A DNA stretch of 63,626 nt, counting the filler, from Neolecta irregularis DAH-3 (taxonomy: Eukaryota): assembly GCA_001929475.1 (NCBI GenBank). It is 8 parts of 8 records of this genome, joined end to end, with 100 filler letters (N's around TTAATTAATTAA, not from the genome) between each part and the next. Parts side by side here need not be neighbours in the genome. Positions count along the whole stretch, not along the records: positions 1 to 17,730 come from LXFE01003563.1; 7 more parts are not named here. One strand, 5' to 3'. This document shows positions 1-12,479 of the stretch, piece by piece (position 1 is the first letter of the stretch; every line of letters starts with the position of its first letter). The notes below the pieces were generated by a model. The model was not told the DNA's origin, did no database searches, and worked only from the letters and a program-made list of their open reading frames with translations. Position numbers and translations under genes: made by a program.

Positions 1-515
1 TTGCTAGCATAAAATGATTTCTATCTGGCCATTTCTTTCATTGGTGAAGTATGCTGCACATACAAAGTTCACGTCGAATCATCCTGATCACCGTGTCACG
101 TGATCCGTGACAAATCTTGCGAGTGTAACTTTGAGCAAATCGCAATCAATTCACAGTTGAACAACCAACCAACGTATTCAAACGAAACAAACACTATCGG
201 GATCAAAATGTAAAGGCAAAACTAATGGTCTGCCAACAAATTCAATACAAGAAAGTCAAAAGGGGACCTTTGAAGAAACCTCACATGGAGGAAACTACCA
301 AACTGCCATACAACCTAACAACCTGCCAGATTATTATCCATGTGGATGGTTGGATCTCTTGTTGAAGGTGGGAGGCATAAATATCCATCCGCCCACCAGC
401 CCCGCCAGAGAGGCTCCGGCAGGCGGACAGGTCAGATTTCTCCGGCAGGATGGCGGCTTACTAATCTGCCTACCTGCCCGCCGGCGGCCCGCCAGCCGAG
501 CGGGTGGACACACTG
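1..515 (-). mobile_element. Non-autonomous hAT-family element, one end, reverse orientation (continues beyond window start)
   Basis: Bases 1-261 are a near-perfect reverse complement of 768-1028 and of the copy at ~62690-62950. It ends in the TIR GGGTGGACACACTG (502-515) after GC-rich CCCGCC/GGCGGG subterminal repeats. Confidence 0.75.
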
Positions 516-1361
516 GATGTTTCCTGTTGATGCAACTGGGTGTCTCACCATATTGTAGGCATTGGAGATCACGATGGCCAGTGCCTCAAAAGATGGCATT
601 CGCCATATTTTTTATACCTGCAATGAGTGCAGAATGTGAAAGAGTACTCAGCCAAGTAGAAAAACTGATTACTGATGAAATAAATCATCCTGGGGATGAC
701 ACAGTCGAAGTAGATGAATGCCAGAAGAACTGGCTGCTTAATGGGCTGTTTTGTAAATAGTTATGAGTTTTCACTTTCTTGTATTGAATCTGTTGGCAGA
801 CCATTAGTTTCGCCTTTAAATTTTGATCCCGATAGTGCGTGTTTCGTTTGAATACGTTGGTTGGTTGTTCAACTGTGAATTGAGTGCAATTCTCACAAAG
901 TTATACTCGCAAGATTTGTCACGGGTCACGGACACAGTGATCAGGATGATTCGACGTGAACTTTGTATGTGCAGCATACCTCACCAACGAAAGAAATGGC
1001 CAGATAGAAATTATTTTATATTAGAAATTACGGTTATTTAGTGAATTTGGTATTGTACCTATGTAAATTGTCAAAAAGACCATTTGCCCGCCGGAGATTG
1101 GTTGACCCTCCCGCCCGCCGGAGGGTGTAAGGATATATCCGGGGTATTACCGGATATATCTTACCAATGAAGCAAGTGGCGGAAAAGAAATAACGGCAAT
1201 TGTGTTTAGAAAGTATACAGACTTAGCGGGCATACCTTAACCTAAGCTCATAAAGTCTACAAGCTTAGGTTAAGGAATATAACCTAGTCTTATTGGTACA
1301 CAAGAGCTCAACACGTTACAGAGGGTCTCCGGCGGGGTCGGGCGGGCGGGTGGCCACTCTG
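516..1361 (+). mobile_element. Degenerate hAT transposon 3' part with transposase C-terminal dimerisation-domain remnant
   Basis: 560-760 translates as WP..KMAFAIFFIPAMSAECERVLSQVEKLITDEINHPGDDTVEVDECQKNW, the hAT dimerisation motif (P..S...ER.FS). A degenerate TIR GGGTGGCCACTCTG ends at 1361. Confidence 0.8.
1126..1320. mobile_element. Solo LTR inserted in the hAT subterminal region
   Basis: 195 bp with TGTAA...TTACA termini, flanked by a perfect 5-bp TSD GAGGG (1121-1125 and 1321-1325). Confidence 0.8.
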
Positions 1362-2185
1362 TCGGTGGTACGAATACCGATTCTGTTTTGATTGATCTGT
1401 CACGTGTAAATGAGCCAAACCATTGCTTTCTCGCATGGCATCAGTTTTTGGGGTTTCAAGAATCGGACCCAAGTATGACTAGTACGATTTTCTCTTCGAT
1501 TCCATTTTAGTGATTATTTTTAGCATTGAACTATTCATGTACTCAAGAGAGCAATTCCACCGTAATTTATCCCTTAATCGACTATGCGACAGCATCTCGC
1601 TAAGCCCCGCCTTCATTAGGTGCTAGCCTATGGGTAAACGTCAACTTGCTGAAAACCTGCTTAAAAGCACACGCGGTTCAATATAATAGCATATTTACTC
1701 TTCTTTCCATATGTGGGAAATCATCTAAGAAAACATACTTATGTCGTGCTTTTATGTTTATTCGAAACGACAGCTCTTAGAGCGCAATCTTTAAGAAGAA
1801 TTACACATGGACCTCTTGGGGTATCTTTTTAGCTTTCAATGCTTCCAAAGAATAGGCTGAATTCAAACTGCACGGCAAGTCTACAGATCCATGTATTGCC
1901 TGTTGGAGGTACAGAGATACTTTGTTCATTCAAGCAACGTCATTTTGTTTCGCTTTTGAGACATTTCGTCTTCGCTTCAATTTGTCGCTTTGTTGTTCAC
2001 TCCTCAAAACACTCTTTGTCTACAGAGTACGTAGGCATGTCACGTCACAACCCGAAAGTTGGCTTCATTTGTAAGTCAAAGTTGACTATATAACACTGGG
2101 ATACTCCTTCATTTGATATTCCCTGTCTCTGATTTCTTCTTCTGCTATTTTAACTCATTTCATACCTTGTGTTGAACGCAAGAGT

Positions 2186-4092
2186 ATGCCGACCAGAGCC
2201 CATGATTCAAATTGTCATGACACTGCATCTTATATGTTTATTGGGGTTATGGGTTTGTTGGTCTTCTTTTTCGGATTAATAAGAGTTTGGAGCTGTTGGG
2301 TTTCTGGCTATCGGTATGTGGCATCCACTTGAATCAATCAAGTTCCTCAATTCCTTATAGTCTTCGAACTTCAACCCCAAGTCACCGACCGTTAGGCACC
2401 TTGACCTCTTTCTTTCGACGTATTAACTATCGCCAACCCGTGGCTGTTCTCCCATCCGTTGACCGGCTGGTTGTTCTCGGTATCCTTGGCTTCGCTGCTA
2501 TTATATTTTCATTTGCCGAAGTCGAGTTTGCAAAGTCCACATGGATGCTTTTTCTCAGCATACGTACCGGTTACATGTCTGTTGTCGCGGTTCCTACCAT
2601 TCTTATACTTGTCATCAAATTTAACATTATTGGAAAAATTACGGGGCATTCTAATCAACAGCTTAACTATATTCATCGATTCGGAGGCTGGCTTGTGTTC
2701 ATTCTTGCAAGCGTTCATTCTATTCTACGCATCATCTATCTAATCCAGATTGATGACTTTCAAGAACGCTTAAAGACATCCTTCGCGATCAGGGGTGGGT
2801 TCGCCTTATGGGGCCTTCTCGGTTGGATATGTATTTCAAGTGAATTTCGACATCAGGGCTATGAATTTTTCCTTGTACAAAAGTTGTTATCCAGTTTCGC
2901 ATTCCTTATTTTGTCGATTTTCTTTCACTTGCCAAAAGCATGCGCCGCGTACATCTTTCTCGGACTAGCGCTCATTAGCACAGATCAGCTTTGGCGGCGT
3001 AGTCGAATGTTGCTGAAGAATATCCCGTGCTCAAGGGCCATGATCGAACCATTTGGAGAAGCGACAAAGGTTACGGTCGAAACCTCACACATCGATTGGA
3101 AAGCCGGCCAGCATGCATACATTTTGATTCCAGAACTATCGCTGTTTCAGTCCCATCCATTCACAATATCATCTCGAAAGAAGCTCGAATTTATGGTCCT
3201 TTCAAAGCATGGATTTACGCGGAAGTTACTCGATCATGCAAAAGTATCAGTGACTTGTCGAGTCCTCGTGGACGGTATGTATGGGCATGCTCCGAATTTC
3301 AAACAATTTGGTCAAGTGATGCTTATTGCCGTTTCCACGGGTGCCTCGTATACAGTTCCTATATTCGAAGACATCCTTCAGTCTCTCAGCTGCGTTCGTC
3401 GAATTCACTTCGTGTGGATCATCAAGCTGAGCGAGAGCATTGGATGGTATAGCGAAACGCTAAAGAACGCAGCGTATTCTGCAAGGAAGCTTGGGGTAGA
3501 TGTAAAAATTTCGATCTACGCTACCAGAGAACGAGAACTCGAAAAGCCGTATTATCAGACCATTCTTCCCGCTAAACTAGCTAAAAAGAAGCCTAAACCC
3601 CACCTTCAAGGTTATATATTTACGGTAAACGAACTGGAATTATCACCGGAAGAAGATGTTGCGCCATATATTTATCCCAGCTCTCGCAATATCGCATTTA
3701 CGCCGCCTCGCCAGCCCCAGCTTGGTCATAAAAGCTCCTTTGAAACAGAATACTTTGATCTTTATCTCAGCCGGTCTCAAACCTTTCGCTCTCAATCCAT
3801 AAAATCAAATGTAGGCGACATGAGAAACGCGGCCAAATACGCCATCACACCACCAAAGGAACACGCTATACAAGAGCGTGGATTTCGTCCGATAAAGGGC
3901 CAATCTTTGGATATCCCGTATAAAAAAGGTCGTCCGTCGATACCAGACCTGATTCGAGATGAAGTATCGGAAAGCCCTTATGGAGAAATTGGGATGTGCT
4001 TTTGTGGAAGTGCAGCATTGGCAAGACAAGTCCGCAATACAGTCTGCACAACCCAAAAACAAATATTTCTACATGTCGAAGGGTTTGATTGA
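2186..4092 (+). CDS. Ferric/cupric reductase-like transmembrane oxidoreductase (FRE family), 2 exons
   Basis: ATG 2186, intron 2314-2360. Motifs: HR..G.......H helix, YEFF, FAD motif HPFTI, DGMYG, CFCGS, C-terminal HVEGFD. Confidence 0.85.
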
Positions 4093-4200
4093 CTACTTGT
4101 AATAAAGTCCATGTAAATATACTTTGTCAGTATATTTTGAGGTGTCAGTTTCCAGAGAACTCATTCAACTCCACCTAGGCCTGACTGCTTGCAACCAACC

Positions 4201-5040
4201 ATGTCTATCAGATCGACTTCAATATCACGTCTTCCAGATGGTTCTTCTTTTTCCAGTAGAAATTAATATTGAATTCAAAGGTCTGCCACTGGCAGCTTCT
4301 GTGGATGATGCACAAGTATGGCATCCTCGGCTCTACTTTTCTAAACACCCAAGGCTGAAACAGACCTTGCAGAATACAAACGCCAAATCAAACTCATCAT
4401 CCGGAAACTAACTCCGACATCGGAGCCTCGGGCTTCGATCGAGTCAGGGCCTTATTACATACAGTATGATTAATATCCCTGTATCAACTGATTCCAAGCT
4501 ACCTTGTTGAGAACAATATCTGCTATACAGTCATCACAGACAGATCTCTTCCGAGAAAGGTTGCTTTTGGATATATGCAGGATCTCGCGAGCGAGTTTTA
4601 CAGTCAGTTTGCTCAGGAGATGGAGAACCCTCGCTTAAGAGCCTATGCATTCGTTCAGTTCGGCACGATATAACGATAATTATCACCCTGACTTGATAGA
4701 CTCATATATGCATACAAAGAAAAAGGAGTACCAAGACTCCAGAAATGCGAATAACTTGGACAAATTAAATGCAGATTTGCAGGATGTTACAAAAGTAATG
4801 ACGAAGAACATCAAAGATCTGCTAGAGCGAGGAGACTCTTTAGATCGTAGGATTCTTATTCTTTTTGATTGCTAATGAGTAGGAATGTCTACACTGTCAA
4901 GTTCACTTAGAGATGAAAGCGCAAAATATAGGAGACGGGCTCGAAACATCAACCTTCAAGCTTTGTTAAGGCAGTGGGCTCCTCTAGGGGCAGCAGGATT
5001 GTTTTTCTTGATTTTTATTTATGTCAAGTTCTTTTGGTAA
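4201..5040 (+). CDS. SEC22: ER-Golgi longin R-SNARE Sec22 (multi-exon)
   Basis: Spliced product MSIRSTSISRLPDGLPLAASVDD...ASIESGPY...NLDKLNADLQDVTKVMTKNIKDLLERGDSLDRMS...C-terminal TM ending VKFFW*. Confidence 0.93.
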
Positions 5041-5130
5041 TAATTGCATAGGAATGTGCTCTGGATCACACTTGATCGGCATTCAGTTTCGAGGATCTTG
5101 TACTATCTAACCCTAACCATATATGAGATT

Positions 5131-6184
5131 CTATAAAAACAAATCCTCATCTGGGTCTTCTTCGTCAAAGTCATCTGCTGAATCGGGATCGTAGTATATC
5201 ACGCCCAGTTCGCTACTGGTTTCTGCATTGTCAACAACGAAACCTTCCTCAAAACGCACCCTGAGCCTTGAAATGGGGTAGCGTAACACTTTCTTTGGCC
5301 TTCTTCTGCTCTTCATTCAAGGTCAAATTGAAGGTTGTAACAGTTTCCCAATCTTGTTCCTTTGTAGGGATCTCGATCCTCTCTACTTTTAGTTTCTGAA
5401 AAACACTTTTCTCAAAAATATATTTCTCAGATACTCCGCGTCCGCTCTTCCTTCTCTGTTCTAAAGTAACAATACATTTCAATCCGTTCGAACCTTTTGG
5501 GACGACTATCCCTTCAACATCACGCTCGATTTCAATAATTGAAATCTCAGCTCGAGATTTCGCGAAAAGCTCTTGTTGGTAATGTATATAGCTTTCCGTA
5601 TGGATAATTGACGTAGATAATATTGACAGTTCTCTATCAGCAGGCGGTGAATACGGCGGTCGAGCGATGTTGACGTCGAGATGGTATATTAAAACAACCG
5701 ATAATGCTTCAAAAATCAGAACATTATCTGCAAAACACCTACGTCTTAGTTTTAATAAGCGAGAAAGGAAAGATGTTAGTATCGATGAATCCTCTAACAA
5801 AATTCTGGTATATGAGCTAATTGTGATGATAAACTTTTTTCCGTCTGTCTAAGGTTAGTAATGCATTAATTATCGCAATACCATTTGTGAATGATTTTTT
5901 TATCTCTGAAACGATATCCTCGGGAACCCGGTTACGAATCACCACATCGGGGATGTCAGTCTTCCTTTTCGATCCTGTAGTTTCGATATGCACAACTTGA
6001 AACCCGCTATTCCAAGTCACTGTGATTAATGAGTATCATCATACGCGTTTTTCGCTCTCTTCTGAAATTCATAAAGTACAGGAATACCACTCTGAGCGAT
6101 TGTATCGAATATACTCACCAGTGGCGAAGGGTTTTTAAAGTTGAGCAGAGTTTCAATCAGCGAGGAATGGTGTTGAACGGACAT
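5131..6184 (-). CDS. ELP5: Elongator complex subunit 5 (Iki1/Hap2), multi-exon
   Basis: N-terminal SPLVSIFDTIAQSG segment. Diagnostic C-terminus TTFNLTLNEEQKKAKESVTLPHFKAQ...IYYDPDSADDFDEEDPDEDL. Confidence 0.85.
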
Positions 6185-7195
6185 GTCAAAGTTTCCATTT
6201 TCTCGAAACCTGAATGACAAACATTTACAATCATCTTCCGATGAGATCTTTGCTCAAATATCTCAGATCTCGGACAATACTGACGCTTTCAGGGTGGATC
6301 AAGCATTTTGGGGTGTCAACTCAAATGCTTAAGTAGTGAAAAACTTTTCCATATCTCGAGAACTTTTGAATTGAAAAATGAGCTGGTTTCTGCTTTCTCT
6401 TGATAAACTTACCCATGGGAGTTCTCGGGAAGTTGAGGGTATATAGCAAGAAGGCAAAAGCAATTGAAAGCTATATATATATTGCTCTGACTGCGGTCAA
6501 ATCAAATGTTCTAGTAGAGTGCAACATGATAGAGTCTCACTAATCGAGGTATCAATAATATTTTTGCAGTACAAGTAACAGATATGGAAAAAGACGATTA
6601 AGTGTCAAGAATCTAACCTTTTGTTTCGACAATGAATGTCTATATCTCGGCCCCAAACTGAGATGCACAATGAACGAATAGCCTTGGATCATATAACGTT
6701 TAATCGGCCTCCAGGGAGTCGCACGTTGTTGATTGGCGCAGATGGGGCAGGTTTTCAAAAATTCCAGGATGCTCTGGAGCTTCAGGAAAGACCACGTTGC
6801 TTCGAATATTAGCTGGTAAACGATTAGCTCAACATGGGCTAGCTCGGGTACAAGGAATTGATCCCTTCCGAGAGGGGAACCAAGTATTTCTTCATATCCA
6901 AGACGAATACTTACCGAGAAGAATGTTACATATCTTGGAACGGGTATCATTGATGTGTTGGCATGTCTGAGATAAACCGCCAAGAACAAAAGCAATTAGT
7001 AGTAAGATCGCGAAAACCGCCAATACTTTTCTACCTGTTTCATTGTGCAAGATCGATTTAGACTAGCAGTACATTTAGACACCTTCATGAATAGCTGCAT
7101 CACCATCCAATAGCCAGATCCTGCTTTCAAGAATGACACGTCAGTAACTTTGGATCAAACTGGCGTTATTCTAGTCATCAATTCTTTTTTTCAGT

Positions 7196-8473
7196 ATGTT
7201 TCCATTCTCACCAGCAACCGTTACTGTAACACACACGGTTACTCCTGAACCCGTATACTTTCCCGATTGTCCAGTGTTGGACTATTTGGCGAGGATTTCA
7301 GCAAGTCAATTACCCGAGTGCATCTCAAACTCTGCCCCTGTTTTGATAATTTTAGATTAAGTTTTGCATCCGGGATCCTGGTACCTTTTGTTCATTTCGA
7401 AAGCTCAAATACCCTTAGCTTGGTCAACTGTCATTTCTAATCGTTACATTTATCTTTGTAACTTCGTTCGTATGTGGAACAGCAAAGAAACCAATCTCAG
7501 AATCGGTCGAATTTACAGTAGTGTTCTCGACGGAGAAAAGTTGATCATCTCAGGCACCGAAAGCAGAGAACCTGTCAATAACACCAGAACCGCTTCTCAG
7601 CAATACCATACTTCTCAAGAAAACGAAATACTCCGTTCCCAAAAATGGGAGTGAAAGCTTATGTTGGCTCAACGTCTTGGTTGCTCAAGCATTGACACAC
7701 TTTCGCGATCCCAAGATAAAGGAAGCTATGGTCAATACTTTAGAAAATATTATGAATGGACCTGATAAACCTGGAATTGTGGTATGATCATTTACTCCAC
7801 ATAAACTGATCGCCAAGGAGCATATCAGTATAACAAGACTCGAACTCGGAAATCAGTTTCCCATTATGAGTAATTGTCGTGTATCTTCTTGTGGTGATAA
7901 ATCGGAACAATTGGTACAAAACCGTCATATTGTCACAAGTTAATCCGTATAGAGAGTCCAAATTGACATCGATTTCACAGATTTTATTACTCTGGGCGTT
8001 GAAACAAAGGTCCTGCTGATTGGTGCCCTCCCAATTGCGCTAGAAGTATCTCTCTTAAGATTTAATGGAACGGTAGAGACTATCTGATTATCACCTTTCT
8101 TTACACTTTCTAGATTACTATTGCCTTCATGCCCTCTACAGACTCTATGGATCCTCTTAAACCAAGCGCCTTCAACTTTAATTTCACACCGAAATATAGG
8201 CTTGTCCTCGACGTTCGTTCAGTCGTTGGCGCACGTTCTCAATTCAGAAATATCCCCAAAATCTCCGAACTTGTTGAAGGTCAAATTCGTTCTACTTTCG
8301 CATCGCTATGTGTTGAACCCCAGTTTCAAAAAATTGCCATGCCAGGATTCTGGTCAAGTGAAAAGGAGGGACTTAATCCGTTTACAGTGTTTGAGAGTGA
8401 TAGTTCATTTGAAGCCGAGCTTGGTGAAAGTCTTCGCAAGGCTTCGGCGTTTTTTGGCGAGATCTGGTATTAA
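7196..8473 (+). CDS. Divergent MMM1 paralog (ERMES SMP-domain protein), multi-exon
   Basis: Spliced LSFASGIL|LGQLSFLIV TM segment, ESLCWLNVLVAQ, ELGNQFPIMSNCRV, LPIALEVSLLRFNGT, VRSVVGARSQFRNIPKI, CVEP.FQ.I..P.FW. Confidence 0.8.
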
Positions 8474-8576
8474 TCATTTCTGATAACATGGAAATTTCGA
8501 GTTTTCTTTGACATTTTACCTTCATAAGATGATGATATTTACAAGTATATACATGCATCTAGATATATGGGATGAG

Positions 8577-11198
8577 CTAGAAGTTGAAAGAGCAATTGTG
8601 GATCCGCAAAGAGAAATCATCACTTGCTGTAGCAAGTTGCCACTTGGATGGCTCTGTATGATCCGTCTTTGGTCGCCATTCTACCTGGGTAACAGTACCT
8701 TCATGGCCATTCCTATCCGTAAGATACAGTATGACAAGGTTTACATACGCTATGCCAGACTTCCATAGAGGTTCCCACTTAGATAAATCCGTTATATTGC
8801 ATCCCAGTATAAAGAATTGACCATCTTCAAGCCCAACAGCAAGAATAATGCTACGAGTAAACAAGAAAATCTTAAAGAAAAACGTACCAGTGATTAACAA
8901 CTGCAGGGACAAAATCCACAGCAGTAACAGCCTCTGGAAAGGAAACACCGGCGGTCAATTTAACATCACTCTCTCCAAATTGCCAAATTTTGATCTTTAA
9001 AGAATTCAAGCCCGGTTTAAAAAGTCAAAACATACCATTTTATCTCTCGATCCAGTAGCAAACACTCGTCCAGCACCAATAGGAGCCCAAGCGCAATCCC
9101 AGATAATCCTTGTGTGAGCTTTAGTCTGAACAAACTTTTCAACATATCGTTCCTCTTCAACACGATCATAAACAGTCCACTGTCGATCTCTACCAACGCT
9201 CAACAAAAATCGATCATCCCTAGAAAACCGGATTCGGGAAACAGTTAACGAATGGCTTGCAATTGGCGGTAGAATCTCTTTGAAATCGCTTGTGTTGTAT
9301 AAACGAAGAACGGCGAAGTCAGAGGCTGTTGCTTTACATGCCGATGCTATTATTTTGTGGTCATGAGATACAGAGAGGGCTATCAATTCGTAACCATGGC
9401 CATACATTTTCTCGCGTTCAGGCCATAGAGTGTGTTTTTGAAGATATCCTTCAATTGGTGGTGTATTTAGAGACTCTAGTAGATGTTGAGACTGTTCTGT
9501 GGGCTTACTGTCTGACACTGCTTTGTTTGAGAGACCTAGAACTGGGACGCTAGCGGAATCTGGAAGAGCAGTCTGCAAGTTAGCATAGCCCTCAAGTAGT
9601 TGGATAGACCTCTGAAGCGAGATCAGTGATACTGCACACATTCTTCAAGAGATGGGCTACGCATCTTGGTAGATCAAACACCCGGATAACCTTTTCATCT
9701 GCACCACTGGCGAACCGACCTGCGGAAATGCAGGATATACAATTGATATCATAACCATGAATCTGCGGGCGTGACATTTCGTACCAGATTTCACCCTTTG
9801 AAGCCCAAAGCCTTGATGTCTGGTCCAAACTAAAATGATTAGTAGAACTGAAAGAGAATTATATACCTCGTAGTCAAAAGATATCGACCCTTTCCTTCCC
9901 AAGAAACCCCTTTGACCTGCTTAAAGTGCCCACTCGATGTAACAATAGAAACCCACCTGTCATCTCTACGTACCCACACATGCCAACAGCCACCTCTGCC
10001 CCATGAAGCAACTGACATTCCATCGAGACCCCAAAGTCCACCCCAAAGCCCACCGGCGCTTCCAGTAGCAGTAGTCGAGCCCTTCGAAGCGCTGACTTCG
10101 CCGAGTCGACTTGTGCAGACCCAAATTCCCGTCTGAATGTCTGGAGACCAAAAGATAAGGGATGAATCTGCGGAGGCGGTCAAGAGACATAGCTTGGGGC
10201 TTGGTCTCCAGGAGACTGTGAAAACCCAGTCGTCATGGCCTGTCAATAAAGCTTCAAAGGTGAAAGAATATCGAGAATTGTCGAGACTGAAATACTGGGC
10301 TTTGCTCGAGAATATCGAGTCTCTGTTATAAATGAATAGGACCAAGAAGAAGACATACGGACTGGGTAACTCTAGGGGGCTTTTTACAGATCCCTGCTCT
10401 TGTTTAATCCTCCATATTCTAATATATCGATCTTGGCTACCACTTGCCAGTAACAAATCACCACGTTCATCCTTCTCAAACTTGAAATCTAACCCCCTAA
10501 TCCAATCCATATGTCCTTTCACACCTATCTTTCGAGTGAAATGAATAGTTGGAGACGATGCGTATAGTTGTATTGAGTTTGATGACCCGCCCATAGCAAG
10601 TAGCAACGAGGATGAGTCTGGTAAAGGGGATATTGATAACGTCAAAGCATTGAGATTTTCAAGTTTTATAGTTTGTAAAAGTGTAATTTCAGGAAGATTT
10701 GAACAAGAGTCGCTGATTTTCCATAATCGCACAGTCGAATCTGCTCCAGCAGTGCCAACCAGTGAGCCAAAAGCAGTGATTGTGATGATTGAAGCATCAT
10801 GCTCTTTGATAAATGAGATATTTTCGAGCTTCACAAGTCACTAGAGTAAATTAACGGCAATGTACATGGTCATCACTCGATTTCCAGAACCCCAGGACTC
10901 CGTCGGTTGCGCCAGTAAGAAGAATATCATACGGGAGGTCTTTGAGCTGCACAAATTTTACTGCTTTTATTGTTGCGGAGTGACCTTTGTTGAGTTTTCT
11001 TATCCCGGGTAATTTTTGATCCTATAAAATTAATATTTACCTTTACAATTCCAAAAACACCAAAGGTTTGGTCAACGCAATACTTTTGTTGGCTGCAAAG
11101 GCGAGTATTCCAGTTCCGACATTCCAATCCGCGGCATCAGGATTTCTATTCGCAGCGCAGGCGTAAAAAGTTGTTGATAGTTTGAAACTCGAGATCAT
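8577..11198 (-). CDS. ELP2: Elongator complex subunit 2 (WD40), multi-exon
   Basis: GHMDWIRGLDF, LLASGSQDRYIRIWRI, FEALLTGHDDWV, RPQIHGYDINCI, SGADEKVIRVF, HTLWPE.EKMYGHGYE, HTRIIWDCAW. Confidence 0.95.
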
Positions 11199-11270
11199 CG
11201 GAAGAAATCGGAATTTTTCCAGGTGGTGTGTCAACCGGCGCGAATCAAAAGTAATTGACTGCCAGCCCAC

Positions 11271-11685
11271 ATGTCGCAAAATAACGAGAAACAAATAGAA
11301 CCACCAAAGCCACAAAGCAAACCGGCTTTCTATGACGAAGTCGAAATTGAAGGTATTTTCTAACCACCAAAAAGACCTTACTCCACAGACATGGAGTGGG
11401 ACGATGAAGTCGAGGTTTTCTATTACCCATGTCCCTGTGGTGATCGGTTTGAAATCACAAAGGTCAAATCTTTCTAGGTGAAAGCCTCATTGTTTTAGGA
11501 TGATATGGCTGAGGGGGAAGATATTGCTCGGTGCCCTTCTTGCTCTTTGATTATCAGAGTCATATTTGACCCAGTATAATTTCTACTAACTCCGCGGGGC
11601 TGACATTGAGCGGGACTTTGAGGAGTATGACACAGATGAAGGAGATGATATCCCCATCTCTGCACCGACAATTTCTGTTTTCTAA
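11271..11685 (+). CDS. DPH3: CSL zinc/iron-finger protein Kti11/Dph3 (not in ORF track)
   Basis: Spliced [58 protein letters not shown]. The end is at 11579 if the last putative intron is not spliced. Confidence 0.93.
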
Positions 11686-11804
11686 GTCGAGAAGTATGGT
11701 GTTTTACGAGTGGCATGGTTTTTGTTGGATTTTTGGGATTGTCTATACACGGATATCATTTTATTTAGGCAAAAGGTGACCAAGGTATTCAAAAATATAA
11801 AAAT

Positions 11805-12417
11805 CAGTGTGTCTAACCTCCCGCCCGCCGGAGCCTGCGGTTGAGCAGATTTCTAAGCCCCCTGACCTTCCCAAGAGATCTGAACCACCCGCCTGGAAAG
11901 TGCTCGCAGTTGGGCAAGTTGGATAAAGGAAACATGATGGATGATAAAGTGTACAATATGGAATATTGTTTCAAATTCGGTTTCACAAGGTATATGTTGT
12001 TCCCTTCTTTATATACCCCTCTTCTTTAATGCCATCCATATCCCTTAAGCCACCTGCCATATTGGTAAGAATATACCTCATATTCCTACAATGTCCAACC
12101 ACCCACATGGCCAATGAATGCAGAATGTGAAAGAGTATTCAACCAAGCAGAAATACTGATTACTGATGAAAGAAATCGTCTTGGGGATGACACAGTTGAA
12201 GCAGATAAATTCCTGAAAAACTGACTGCTTAAGGGACTTTTTGTGGATAGTCATGAGGAGAAATAATAGCAACTGAAGAATTGGCCAGATAGAAATTAAT
12301 TTATATTAGCAATTATTGTTGTTTAGTGAATTCGGGATTATGTAGATTAGTAATTGCTGCCGCCCGCACGAGGGTCTCTGTCGGCGGCGGGCGGGCGGTT
12401 GGACACAAGAGTCACGG
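11805..12417 (+). mobile_element. Internally deleted hAT element with 8-bp target-site duplication
   Basis: Starts CAGTGTGTCTAACC and ends GGTTGGACAC(aagagt)CACGG, flanked by ATAAAAAT at 11797-11804 and 12418-12425. Contains the remnant AECERVFNQAEILITDERNRLGDDTVEA, homologous to 620-730. Confidence 0.85.
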
Positions 12418-12479
12418 ATAAAAATTCTTTCAAAGAAATGTGGATGCAAGCTTTGATCCGTGAATACAATATTTCGGAG

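Noticed and set aside
6236-6350. Two hairpins and PAC/RRPE-like motifs (CCGATGAGAT, TGAAAAACTTTT) upstream of ELP5 as an ncRNA or Ribi elements
   Set aside because: No complete snoRNA or tRNA architecture; the motifs are imperfect, defined in budding yeasts, and not seen upstream of the other cluster genes.
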